NCBI GenBank assembly: GCA_947504275.1 | Contig: CANNHA010000001.1 | Location: forward strand, 12,586-76,585 | DNA length: 64,000 nt | Source: Flavobacteriales bacterium | Lineage (GTDB): Bacteria; Bacteroidota; Bacteroidia; Flavobacteriales_D; Sanyastnellaceae | Reading direction: 5' to 3' | Shown: piece by piece, positions 8,928 to 17,945 of the stretch | Layout: each line of letters starts with the position of its first letter | Position numbering within the stretch: the first letter of the stretch is position 1 | Program-made: the position numbers and the translations under genes | Notes under the pieces: generated by a model | What the model saw: the letters and a program-made list of their open reading frames with translations, nothing else | Databases searched by the model: none | What the model was told of the DNA's origin: nothing

Positions 8928-9689
8928 TCATTTCACTTTACGGTCTTGTTGTATGCTCTTTTGGTACCCCTCATTCAGTTTCAATGGAGCGCTTATTTTG
9001 GCAGGGTTGTCTGATATGATTTGTAGTATTTCGTTCATTCCTGAGGTCAAGGGATTTGTCATTTTTGAAAACAACCAAGCAACTTGATCAAAGTCTTCAG
9101 GGGTATCTACGGAAAGCTTATAACGGTATTCTTTTCGAAATTGCTGCCAAGCTTTTTTTAATACAGCGTTTTTCTTGATGAATGGAGTGACATGTTCCCT
9201 TTGGCTCAACCAATCAGCATTATCAAAGGCATCTTTTAGATCTTTGTTGTAAAATAGTTCAACGCAAAATCCATCTTCTGCAAAATGCGGAGGTTCATTT
9301 CCATTGGAGAAGTAGTCTACTTTTCTTTCTTGAAATTGTTGAATTGCAAAGTCGATGATTTCACCGGATATTAAAGGAGAGTCACCGCAAATGCGCATGA
9401 CCAAAGGGTTAGGTTTTGTTTGTGCCGCTAAATAAAACCTGCTTAAGACGTCCCACTCGCTGCCTCTGAAGCATGCTACCCCTAATGATTGGCATTCAGA
9501 TTCTATGGGATTATCTTGAGCGTTGTCAGAAGTAGCTACAACAATGCTTTGGGTGGAGTGGTTTTGTTTGACACGCTCAATGAGCCAATAAAGCAGGGAT
9601 TTCCCTTGATGCAAAGGCATTAGCATCTTTCCCGGTAAACGGGATGAGCCCATCCGCGCTTGTATGACAATGGTGACTCCTGGATTCAT
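8928..9689 (-). CDS. cytidylyltransferase-family protein (SpsF-like)
   Basis: N-terminal IVIQARMGSSRLPGKML motif typical of SpsF/acylneuraminate cytidylyltransferase-like enzymes. Confidence 0.7.
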   Translation of the reverse strand: MNPGVTIVIQARMGSSRLPGKMLMPLHQGKSLLYWLIERVKQNHSTQSIVVATSDNAQDNPIESECQSLGVACFRGSEWDVLSRFYLAAQTKPNPLVMRICGDSPLISGEIIDFAIQQFQERKVDYFSNGNEPPHFAEDGFCVELFYNKDLKDAFDNADWLSQREHVTPFIKKNAVLKKAWQQFRKEYRYKLSVDTPEDFDQVAWLFSKMTNPLTSGMNEILQIISDNPAKISAPLKLNEGYQKSIQQDRKVK

Positions 9690-10984
9690 TTTACAGCAAT
9701 CAATTTTTCCTCAATCAATCTTTGCAAGATGGACAGATAATCACCAATACTTTCATTTCTTTTTTCTACGATGGAGATCATATCGTGCTCACCATCAGCC
9801 CATGAAATGAGGTGAAACATTCTGTCGATGTCTTGGCGTCTTTTGTCATTGGGTTCAATGGATGAGGGTAGTAGATTTCTCTTTCCCATGCGTGGCTCAC
9901 CATATGGAACCAGACAAACTGGAGTGATGTTTTGCTCCATGGTCTGGAGGCATTGCAGGTAGGTTTGAATGGTATTTTTCATTGCCTCAAAGGAGACTAA
10001 GGATTTATTGTCCAATGATGTGTGGTATTCCTTATACTTGTGATACATGGAACGGGTGATGGACCCAACAGGTAGGTTGAAACCGGGAGAGCAATATTGT
10101 CTCTCGTCAGAACCGCCAACCGCAAATGGGATGGTCGAGTGATTTATATGGAATTGCTTGAAAGTATGCGCAGTGCACCTTTCTAGAAAACCATTTTCGT
10201 TTTTGGATTGTTTAAATACATATGGAGCCTCATCTCCGCAACAAGTCATGACATAACCCGCAACAGTATTTTTTTTCATCTCTGCGCCGTTGTCTGATAA
10301 ATAAGCAATCACACCTATGGTTTCAGGAGCCATGACAAAACGATAAGTATAGCGCCGTTTGGGCATTGCAGCCAGTGCGCGGTATAAAAATGCCATGCAC
10401 AAAGGTCCACTGAGCTCATTGTTGGCCATGCTGGGGTGACACAGGTAGGTGGACAGAAGGATTTCTTCATCTGTTTCTCCATTCAAAACAGTGCTTCCAA
10501 CGGTTATCGATCCGTTTTCTAATTTGCTTTTAATGACAATTTTATAATTACCTGCTTTTGGAAGATTTTGCAATTCATTCCAACTGATGCAAAATCCCCA
10601 GGTTTCCTTGTAATAAGAGGTGATATATGGAATGGCATCAGGTTGGTTTTCAATGGTGAATAAATGGGGCCTCAATTCTTCAAAAGTTATCTCTCCCTCA
10701 AATGGAATACTGTAATTGACAATGTGCAAGTTGTTTTCTTTGAAATCACATATTTTTTTTCCATCAGGTGTCATGATGTATGCATCTTCAATGTTCCATT
10801 CTTTTGGTATTTCCCAATCAAAGACTTGCATTCCTGTTGGATATTCTTTTAGCGTCAGTGGAATAATCTCCTGAAGAATGTTGAATGAAGCTCTAAGCCC
10901 ATTGCCACTGATACTGCGGCAGATGGGCCAAAGCCGATCAAAATAGTTTTCTATTTCAGAGGTGTCGAATGGTAAGTTATTCAT
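9686..10984 (-). CDS. aminopeptidase-like DUF4910/DUF2172-type protein
   Basis: 432 aa. The N-terminus ..YFDRLWPICRSISGNGLRASF.. and overall layout match, from memory, the DUF4910 family seen in polysaccharide loci. The assignment was not verified by search. Confidence 0.55.
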   Translation of the reverse strand: MNNLPFDTSEIENYFDRLWPICRSISGNGLRASFNILQEIIPLTLKEYPTGMQVFDWEIPKEWNIEDAYIMTPDGKKICDFKENNLHIVNYSIPFEGEITFEELRPHLFTIENQPDAIPYITSYYKETWGFCISWNELQNLPKAGNYKIVIKSKLENGSITVGSTVLNGETDEEILLSTYLCHPSMANNELSGPLCMAFLYRALAAMPKRRYTYRFVMAPETIGVIAYLSDNGAEMKKNTVAGYVMTCCGDEAPYVFKQSKNENGFLERCTAHTFKQFHINHSTIPFAVGGSDERQYCSPGFNLPVGSITRSMYHKYKEYHTSLDNKSLVSFEAMKNTIQTYLQCLQTMEQNITPVCLVPYGEPRMGKRNLLPSSIEPNDKRRQDIDRMFHLISWADGEHDMISIVEKRNESIGDYLSILQRLIEEKLIAVK

Positions 10985-11636
10985 GCTTTTCAGTTTGAGA
11001 AATCATAATGCGATGAATTCCGGGATTGTATTTTTGTACAATGTGTTTTTTAATGACTTGAATCCATTCTGGCTCATTAATGAAATCAATTTCAGAAGTA
11101 TCCAACATAAGGATCGTGAGTTCTGGATGTTGTTGAAAGTACTGTAAATATTGAGATTGAATATTGTTCAAGTATTCATCGCTGATTTTTTGCTCGTAAC
11201 TTCTACCTCTCCTTTTTATGTTCTCTTGTAATCTTTCTGTATGGACATAGAGATAAACAATGATTTCTGGTTGAGGAAGGCTGTTGGATACAATATCAAA
11301 CATTTTATTGAACAATTGCCACTCATCATCTTTGAGATTATTGGAGGCGAAAATTTGACACTTCGAAATGAAATAATCAGCAATTACTTTCGGCTGAAAA
11401 ATATCGCGATTGACTTCTTTTTTAAGCTGAGCAAATCGTTCAGAAAGAAAACTAAGTTCTAAGGGGAATGCATAGCGCTCAGCGGATTCGTAAAACTTGG
11501 CAAGAAATGGATTGTCCGCAAATTCTTCAAGTACAAGAGATGTGTTCCAATCTTGCGAAAGAATTTGAGCCAAAGAAGTTTTGCCGGAACCGATGTTCCC
11601 TTCAACGACTAAGTATTGATAGGGGCAATTGTTCAT
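10977..11636 (-). CDS. deoxynucleoside kinase
   Basis: P-loop EGNIGSGKTSLAQ followed by DNPFLAKFY and ERYAFPLELSFLSERF, characteristic of the dNK family. Confidence 0.85.
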   Translation of the reverse strand: MNNCPYQYLVVEGNIGSGKTSLAQILSQDWNTSLVLEEFADNPFLAKFYESAERYAFPLELSFLSERFAQLKKEVNRDIFQPKVIADYFISKCQIFASNNLKDDEWQLFNKMFDIVSNSLPQPEIIVYLYVHTERLQENIKRRGRSYEQKISDEYLNNIQSQYLQYFQQHPELTILMLDTSEIDFINEPEWIQVIKKHIVQKYNPGIHRIMISQTEKHE

Positions 11637-12121
11637 AATGCCTTTACAGTAGCAACGTCAGTGCATTTTTTGAGCATTTCCGTGCTGGTTAATCCTGTAA
11701 TTGGATGCTTTAAATCTGGGGCAATTTCCGTCAAAGGTTGCAGAATGAAAGCTCTTTCTGCTATTTTGCTATGAGGGACAACCAAAGGAGTTTCATGGGT
11801 CTCATTTTTGTAAAAGAGTACATCAACATCCATTTCGCGATTTTGATAACTTTCTCCATTTCTTTGTCTGCCGTAGTACTCATCAATCTCTTGGATTTCT
11901 TTCTCAATTTGAGCCAAGGTCATGGGTGTTTTAACAGCTAAAATTTGATTAAGAAATGGTGGTGTGCCATCAGCCATTCCCCATGCAGCAGTCTCATATA
12001 TTTTTGATTGAAGCACAACGTCTCCAATATTGAAATCAATAAAATCATAAGTCTCCTCAAGGAGTGCCATGCGATCTCCCAAATTACCTCCAATGCTAAA
12101 AAAAACCAAATCCTCCATCAT
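11633..12121 (-). CDS. folK: 2-amino-4-hydroxy-6-hydroxymethyldihydropteridine diphosphokinase
   Basis: FFSIGGNLGDR start, ..SKIYETAAWG.. and ..MDVDVLFY.. motifs of HPPK. Size 162 aa. Confidence 0.85.
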   Translation of the reverse strand: MMEDLVFFSIGGNLGDRMALLEETYDFIDFNIGDVVLQSKIYETAAWGMADGTPPFLNQILAVKTPMTLAQIEKEIQEIDEYYGRQRNGESYQNREMDVDVLFYKNETHETPLVVPHSKIAERAFILQPLTEIAPDLKHPITGLTSTEMLKKCTDVATVKAL

Positions 12122-12185
12122 GGTTACGAAAGTAGCACCAAATAGCTGAAAAACGATTTAGATTCGTAGCATTAAAATCGAATTT

Positions 12186-13970
12186 ATGGGATTTGGAAAA
12201 ACGCTTTTGGCCTCGGCATTGGGAACATTAATTGCTTTTTTTGTTGCAGGAATTATTTTTGTGTTATTCGTTATTGGGTTGATTGCCGTTTCATCCGGAG
12301 GAAGCGTTGAGCCCATGGAGAAAGTAAGTGTACTCCAAATTAATTTGAATAAACCAGTCCTTGAAAGGGGTAATGACAACGGATTAAATTTTGATTTCAA
12401 TTCTTTTCAGAAAAAGGATGAGCTTTATTTGGATTTTTTAAAGCGCGATTTGGAATACGCCGCACAAGATGAAAAGATTGGAGGGGTATTGTTAATGGTA
12501 AGCGGTGTGAGCGGTGCTCCTAGTACATTGAAAGATTTGAGAACTTTGATTGATAATTTTAAGAGTTCAGGCAAATGGGTTTTGGCCTATGGTGAGAATT
12601 ATACTCAGGCTGATTACTACATTGCCTCAGTCGCCAATGAAGTTTATATGTATCCAACAGGAATGTTTACTTGGAGTGGTTTAAACGCTGAGGTGATGTT
12701 TTTCAAAAAGTTATTGGACAAATTAGAGGTGGACGCGCAGGTGATTCGCGGTAGAGATAATAAGTACAAGAGTGCCGTTGAGCCTTTTTTATACGATAAA
12801 ATGTCGGAGCCCAATAAAGAGCAGATGAAGGGCATTATGGATGGCGTTTGGAATGAAATGATAAGCGCGATAGTTAAGACCAGAAACTTAGATGCGCAGA
12901 AGCTAAATCTTGCTGCCAATGAATTGCGTTATGTCAATGCAAAGAATGCTGTTGATGATGGAGTTTTGGATGGATTGAAGCACTATGATGAAATGATGGC
13001 GATGGTCAATGAAAAATTGGGAGTGCCTTTGACAGAAAAGATGCCAAAAATTGAATATGCGGATTACCACGAATTAAAACGAGATCCTGTCGCTGAAATG
13101 CCTGCGGATCATGCCGCTATCGCATTGGTTTATGCGGTAGGTGAAATTCAGTCAGGCAAGGGTTCTGATGATGTTATTGGAAGCGATCGTATAGCCAGTG
13201 CATTGCGCAATGCGCGGATGGATGACAAAATTAAAGCAGTTGTGTTAAGAGTCAACTCACCTGGAGGAAGCGCATTGGCCTCAGATGTGATTTGGAGAGA
13301 GACAGAATTGATTAAACAATCGGGCAAGAAGTTGATTGTGAGTATGGGAGATTATGCCGCTTCCGGAGGTTATTATATCGCATGTTCTGCCAATAAGATT
13401 TTCGCGAATCCCCAAACCATTACGGGAAGTATCGGTGTATTTGGTATCATTCCCAACTTTCAGAATATGTTGGATCATAAGTTGGGAATAACTTTTGATC
13501 GTTATGAAACCCATCCTCACGCTGATTTCTTCAGTTTGACCAAGCCGTTTGATGATGTTGAAATGCAGCGCATGAACGAAATGATTGTGCAAATTTACGA
13601 TGATTTTTTGCTTCGGGTATCTCAGGGAAGAAAAATGTCCATCAATCAAGTGGACAGCATGGCTAGAGGTCGTGTTTGGACAGGATTGGATGCCAAAAGG
13701 CTGGGACTAGTGGATGAGTTGGGAAGTTTGACAGAAGCGCTTAATTACGCAGCTAAGGAGATTGGTGTTGAACTAAAGGACAACGTTAAGGTATTGCCAG
13801 AAATGCAAGATCCATTTGAATCTTTGTTCAATGATGTAGCTGAAGCCAAGTCGGATCTTATGTTAAAAGAGATGGCTGGCTCACATTATCCCATTTGGAA
13901 ACAAATGAAGAACATGATGGACCATCCAGGAGTATACGCTCAGTTGCCAATGGTTTGGACTTGGAGATGA
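12186..13970 (+). CDS. sppA: signal peptide peptidase SppA, 67K type
   Basis: N-terminal TM followed by two ClpP/crotonase-like halves. Motifs include VLRVNSPGGSALASD and MGDYAASGGYYIA. Confidence 0.85.
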   Translation: MGFGKTLLASALGTLIAFFVAGIIFVLFVIGLIAVSSGGSVEPMEKVSVLQINLNKPVLERGNDNGLNFDFNSFQKKDELYLDFLKRDLEYAAQDEKIGGVLLMVSGVSGAPSTLKDLRTLIDNFKSSGKWVLAYGENYTQADYYIASVANEVYMYPTGMFTWSGLNAEVMFFKKLLDKLEVDAQVIRGRDNKYKSAVEPFLYDKMSEPNKEQMKGIMDGVWNEMISAIVKTRNLDAQKLNLAANELRYVNAKNAVDDGVLDGLKHYDEMMAMVNEKLGVPLTEKMPKIEYADYHELKRDPVAEMPADHAAIALVYAVGEIQSGKGSDDVIGSDRIASALRNARMDDKIKAVVLRVNSPGGSALASDVIWRETELIKQSGKKLIVSMGDYAASGGYYIACSANKIFANPQTITGSIGVFGIIPNFQNMLDHKLGITFDRYETHPHADFFSLTKPFDDVEMQRMNEMIVQIYDDFLLRVSQGRKMSINQVDSMARGRVWTGLDAKRLGLVDELGSLTEALNYAAKEIGVELKDNVKVLPEMQDPFESLFNDVAEAKSDLMLKEMAGSHYPIWKQMKNMMDHPGVYAQLPMVWTWR

Positions 13971-14518
13971 TGCAAGATTTTGTCAAGAAAGAAATGGCGG
14001 AGCTTGAGCGGGTGGACGCTGATGCTTTTAAGGGTCAAGAGAAGTTTCCTTTGGTTTTGGTTTTGGATCAATTGAGAAGTGGTTTGAACGTCGGTAGTTT
14101 TTTCAGGACGGCTGATGCTATGGGTATAGAGGCTGTGTATTGTATCGGATATACTCCGACACCACCACATCGCGAGATACTGAAGACGGCTCTGGGATCA
14201 ACAGAAAGTGTCAATTGGAAACATTATGATTCGATATCAGATTCATTGAGCGATTTAAAGGCCAGGGGTTACCGAATAATAGGATTGGAGCAAGTTCATG
14301 GATCCACATTTATGGATGAAGTAATTGAAATAACGGAGCCAACAGCCCTTGTGGTTGGGAATGAAGTTTCTGGAGTAAGTGAAGAAGCCATAGGCTTATG
14401 TGATGCATGTTGGGAGATACGACAATTTGGAACCAAGCACAGCATGAATGTTGCCGTGAGCGGAGGTATGGCCATTCATCATTGGGTGCATTTGTGGCGA
14501 AAGGGAAATGGCGCATAA
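13967..14518 (+). CDS. SpoU/TrmH-family RNA 2'-O-methyltransferase
   Basis: SpoU motifs [10 protein letters not shown] and [11 protein letters not shown]. Start set at ATG 13967, which overlaps the sppA stop (ATGA). Confidence 0.8.
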   Translation: MMQDFVKKEMAELERVDADAFKGQEKFPLVLVLDQLRSGLNVGSFFRTADAMGIEAVYCIGYTPTPPHREILKTALGSTESVNWKHYDSISDSLSDLKARGYRIIGLEQVHGSTFMDEVIEITEPTALVVGNEVSGVSEEAIGLCDACWEIRQFGTKHSMNVAVSGGMAIHHWVHLWRKGNGA

Positions 14519-14663
14519 AAAATTAAACCTTCCTAATAAAGTATGTTTGGTTTGCCAAAAATCATTTGAATGGCGCAAGAAATGGGAGCGGGATTGGGAT
14601 CAAGTGAAGTACTGCAGTGAGCGGTGCAGAAGGACTCCAAAAAATGATGCCTTAAAAGGTTAA
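14508..14663 (+). CDS. DUF2256-like small zinc-ribbon protein (51 aa, below the ORF-track cutoff)
   Basis: Hand translation gives [51 protein letters not shown]. The CxxC...WRKKW...YCSxxCR pattern matches the DUF2256 family as I recall it. Confidence 0.6.
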   Translation: MAHKKLNLPNKVCLVCQKSFEWRKKWERDWDQVKYCSERCRRTPKNDALKG

Positions 14664-14709
14664 CATCAGCATACAATGAGGCTTTTTTGACTGTACTTTT
14701 GTTGTCTTC

Positions 14710-15600
14710 ATGAGTGAGCAAAATATTGTACAGAAGCATACTTTGGGTCGTGATATCGCCACCCTGTTCAAATTAAGATTGTCTTCTTTGGTCATTGTAT
14801 CAGCCATTGCAGGTTACGGTATGGGTGCGGAATCTTGGGATTGGAGTGCTTTGTCCTTATTGATTATTGGTGGAGTTCTATTGACTGCAGGATCCAACGG
14901 AATGAACCAAGTGTGGGAAATAGAACTGGATAAGCTGATGCATCGCACAATGAATCGGCCATTGCCCCAGGATCGAATGACATTGAAATTGGCGACAATT
15001 CTCTCTGTTACAGCTGCAGTTGTTGGGGTTGGAATATTGTGGAGCGGATTAAATCTGGCTTCCGGTGTTTTGGGTCTTTCCGCTTTCGTGCTGTATGTTT
15101 TTGTTTACACCCCAATGAAAAGAATTTCGAGCATTGCTGTTTTTGTGGGTGCCATTCCCGGAGCATTGCCCCCCATGATTGGTTATGTTGCCGCAACGGG
15201 TAATTTTGGGTTGGAGGCTGGGATGTTGTTTGCAGTTCAGTTTATGTGGCAGTTTCCTCATTTTTGGGCCATTGCTTGGGTGCTTCAAGATGATTATGCC
15301 CGCGCTGGATATAAGCTATTGCCTTTTGAGGAAGGAAGAAGTAAAAGGAGTGCTTTCCAGATATTGATGTACACACTTTTTTGTATTCCTATTTCTCTGC
15401 TGCCTTGGGCCTTGCCTCTTCACCAACCGATGGTAGGTAATGTGGCTGCGGTAATCTCTATACTCATGGGATTGATGATGTCTTATTATGCTTACCGCTT
15501 ATTCAGGACTTGTGAAATAAAAGATGCAAAATCTTTGATGTTTTCTTCTTTTGTTTATCTCCCTGTGGTGCAACTTGCGGAAGTATTTAATCGAATATAA
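14710..15600 (+). CDS. cyoE: protoheme IX farnesyltransferase (heme O synthase)
   Basis: UbiA-type polytopic protein with NQVWEIELDKLMHRTMNRPLP and the second Asp-rich region. It sits at the head of the cox cluster. Confidence 0.9.
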   Translation: MSEQNIVQKHTLGRDIATLFKLRLSSLVIVSAIAGYGMGAESWDWSALSLLIIGGVLLTAGSNGMNQVWEIELDKLMHRTMNRPLPQDRMTLKLATILSVTAAVVGVGILWSGLNLASGVLGLSAFVLYVFVYTPMKRISSIAVFVGAIPGALPPMIGYVAATGNFGLEAGMLFAVQFMWQFPHFWAIAWVLQDDYARAGYKLLPFEEGRSKRSAFQILMYTLFCIPISLLPWALPLHQPMVGNVAAVISILMGLMMSYYAYRLFRTCEIKDAKSLMFSSFVYLPVVQLAEVFNRI

Positions 15601-15606
15601 AAAATT

Positions 15607-16395
15607 TTGAAAATGGAAGATGCCATGAAAAACAGAGAAATGGATGTTTTTGACTCCGTTACTCCTGAAGTGAAATTGAGAACCAAGAAGATGATGATGT
15701 GGTTTATCATCTTTGCTGTAGTTATGCTTTTTGGAGGTGTGACTAGTGCATTGATTGTTTTAAAAGGCAAACTGATGTGGATGCATGTCAACGTTCCAAC
15801 AGCTTTTTGGTTAAGTATTTTTTCGGTTATTGGATCCAGTGCGTCCATGTATTGGGCTGTTCGTTCCTTGAAGGCAGGAAGCGTTAAGAATGCCATGATT
15901 GGTGTTTTTGCTACATTGATTTTAGGTATTGCTTTTACAGGGACTCAAATGTCGGGATGGGCTGGTTTGAAAGAAAAAGGAATGGGATACACCATCACCC
16001 AAAATGAGCAAGGGATGAAGTCCTATAAATGGAACCCACTTGGAAAATTTACTGGAGAGTATGGCGTTGATTATTGGATAGAATACCGCAACGCTCCTTT
16101 GGTGATGTGGAATGGTCAATTTTACACTGAATCTGATGTTAATCATACCCAATCCAAAACCACAGAAGTAATGTCCACTTTTAACGCCTCAGGAGCATTG
16201 ATCAGTGTGTTGGTTTATGTGCACTTAATACATTTGTTTTTTGGTTTGATATACTTGGTTGTTAATCTTAATCGTTTGAGAATCGGTGCTTTAAGTCAAG
16301 AGAATTATATGTCTCTTTACGCCAATGGAATGTACTGGCATTTTATGGGCATCTTGTGGATTTATTTGTTTGCCTTTCTTTTTTTCATCTACTGA
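15607..16395 (+). CDS. heme-copper oxidase subunit III family protein (paralogue 1)
   Basis: Multi-TM protein ending in YWHFMGILWIYLFAFLFF, the subunit III C-terminal signature. Confidence 0.75.
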   Translation: MKMEDAMKNREMDVFDSVTPEVKLRTKKMMMWFIIFAVVMLFGGVTSALIVLKGKLMWMHVNVPTAFWLSIFSVIGSSASMYWAVRSLKAGSVKNAMIGVFATLILGIAFTGTQMSGWAGLKEKGMGYTITQNEQGMKSYKWNPLGKFTGEYGVDYWIEYRNAPLVMWNGQFYTESDVNHTQSKTTEVMSTFNASGALISVLVYVHLIHLFFGLIYLVVNLNRLRIGALSQENYMSLYANGMYWHFMGILWIYLFAFLFFIY

Positions 16396-16420
16396 AAATT
16401 TGTTGAGCACATCAACGTGG

Positions 16421-16460
16421 AAAAACCCTTGATTAATTTAGTCAAGGGTTTTCTTTTTTT
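16421..16460 (+). terminator. intrinsic terminator-like hairpin between the two subunit III genes
   Basis: aaaacccttga (16422-16432) pairs with tcaagggtttt (16442-16452), followed by cttttttt. Confidence 0.6.
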
Positions 16461-16500
16461 GTGGATTTATGCTTAACATTGCAACCGAAAACCATAAACC

Positions 16501-17544
16501 ATGGCTGGACATACACAAAATTTAACAAAAGACGAATTGTGGGGTGGTAATGCCTCACCATTTGGCGTTTCTTACGGTAAAATGATGATGTGGTACTTTT
16601 TAGTATCAGACGCATTGACATTTGGAGGACTTTTAACGGCTTACGGCGTGATTCGTCACGGTAGTTCAGATCCCTGGCCTGTTGGAGAGCAAGTATTTGA
16701 GGCTTTGCCCATGTTGCATGGTTCATACCCTTTGATGTACGTCGCTTTGATGACCTTCATATTGATTATTTCTTCTGTAACCATGGTGTTGGCAGTAGAA
16801 GCAGGTCACAGAAGAGACAAAGCTGGAGTGATCAAATGGTTAGGTTACACCATCATTGGTGGATTCTTTTTCTTGGGTTCTCAAGCTTGGGAGTGGTCTC
16901 ACTTTATCCATGGTTCAGGTGGTGGATTTCAGGTGAACAAGTCATTAACTGTTACCGGTGAAATGGAAAACGGTGAGAAGGTACAAATGACTTTGAATGG
17001 TGGCGATTGGGTTCACATGGAGTCTGAGTTTGGTCATGCTTATGAGCATGCATTGGAAGGCGGTCATGCAGCACCTGCAGCGGATGCCCATGGTCACGAT
17101 GCGCACGCTTCACACGGAACTGAGGCAGTTGCTGCTGAGACTCATGTCGATGCTGCTAGTATGCATCCTGAAGCGCTTATTTTGAACAAGTATGTTTTGG
17201 AGCGCAAGGATGATAAAGATATCCGTAAGGTGAAAGTGATTGGTGAAGATTGCAAAAAGTTATGGGAAGCCAAAGCCAACGAAACTGTTGTGTTTGGTGC
17301 CAACATGCACAAAAATGAGTATGCAGTTCAACAGCAGTATGCCAACTTCTTTTTCTTTGTTACTGGTTTCCATGGCTTTCACGTATTCTCAGGAGTGGTT
17401 ATCAATATCATCGTTTGGTTTATGGCTTTGGGTGGTGAGTTTGACAGAAGAGGTCATTATGAAACCATTGAGAAAATTGGTTTGTATTGGCACTTTGTAG
17501 ATTTGGTTTGGGTATTTGTATTTACATTCTTCTATTTAGTATAA
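16501..17544 (+). CDS. cytochrome c oxidase subunit III (paralogue 2, with large His-rich insertion)
   Basis: MMWYFLVSDALTFGGLL, FFFFVTGFHGFHV and YWHFVDLVWVFVFTFFY signatures. An insertion of about 140 aa lies between helices. Confidence 0.8.
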   Translation: MAGHTQNLTKDELWGGNASPFGVSYGKMMMWYFLVSDALTFGGLLTAYGVIRHGSSDPWPVGEQVFEALPMLHGSYPLMYVALMTFILIISSVTMVLAVEAGHRRDKAGVIKWLGYTIIGGFFFLGSQAWEWSHFIHGSGGGFQVNKSLTVTGEMENGEKVQMTLNGGDWVHMESEFGHAYEHALEGGHAAPAADAHGHDAHASHGTEAVAAETHVDAASMHPEALILNKYVLERKDDKDIRKVKVIGEDCKKLWEAKANETVVFGANMHKNEYAVQQQYANFFFFVTGFHGFHVFSGVVINIIVWFMALGGEFDRRGHYETIEKIGLYWHFVDLVWVFVFTFFYLV

Positions 17545-17554
17545 TCTTAAGATC

Positions 17555-17932
17555 ATGGAAAGAGACGATTTAATTGTAAACGATAGTTACGCTATTAACA
17601 ATTCTCATACAAATGAGGAAGGCAAAGCTATCCGTAAAAAATTGTACAATGTCACTGTTTTATTGACGGTGATTACAATCATTGAAGTATTCATGGGCGT
17701 TTTCTTCAAGCGCAATGGTACCATCACATGGGAAACTATCAAATTGGGCTTTATCGTTTTGACTTTGGTTAAAGCGGCCTACATCGTTTTAATTTTTATG
17801 CACTTGGGTGATGAAAAGAAAAACTTGAAGTATGTGATTTTGCTTCCATATGCGTTGTTCATTCTTTATTTGATCTTTATTGGTCTTTATGAAGGAGTTT
17901 CTGTTCAAGAATTGAACTCAACTTGGAGATAG
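17555..17932 (+). CDS. cytochrome c oxidase subunit IV family protein
   Basis: 125 aa with three TM helices. Its position after the subunit III genes is as in other Bacteroidota cox clusters. Confidence 0.7.
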   Translation: MERDDLIVNDSYAINNSHTNEEGKAIRKKLYNVTVLLTVITIIEVFMGVFFKRNGTITWETIKLGFIVLTLVKAAYIVLIFMHLGDEKKNLKYVILLPYALFILYLIFIGLYEGVSVQELNSTWR

Positions 17933-17945
17933 TGGTTTAATAAGC

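Noticed and set aside
16442-16726. 94-aa minus-strand ORF spanning the cox spacer and the start of subunit III paralogue 2.
   Set aside because: It overlaps the terminator hairpin and the well-supported plus-strand gene, and has no motifs.
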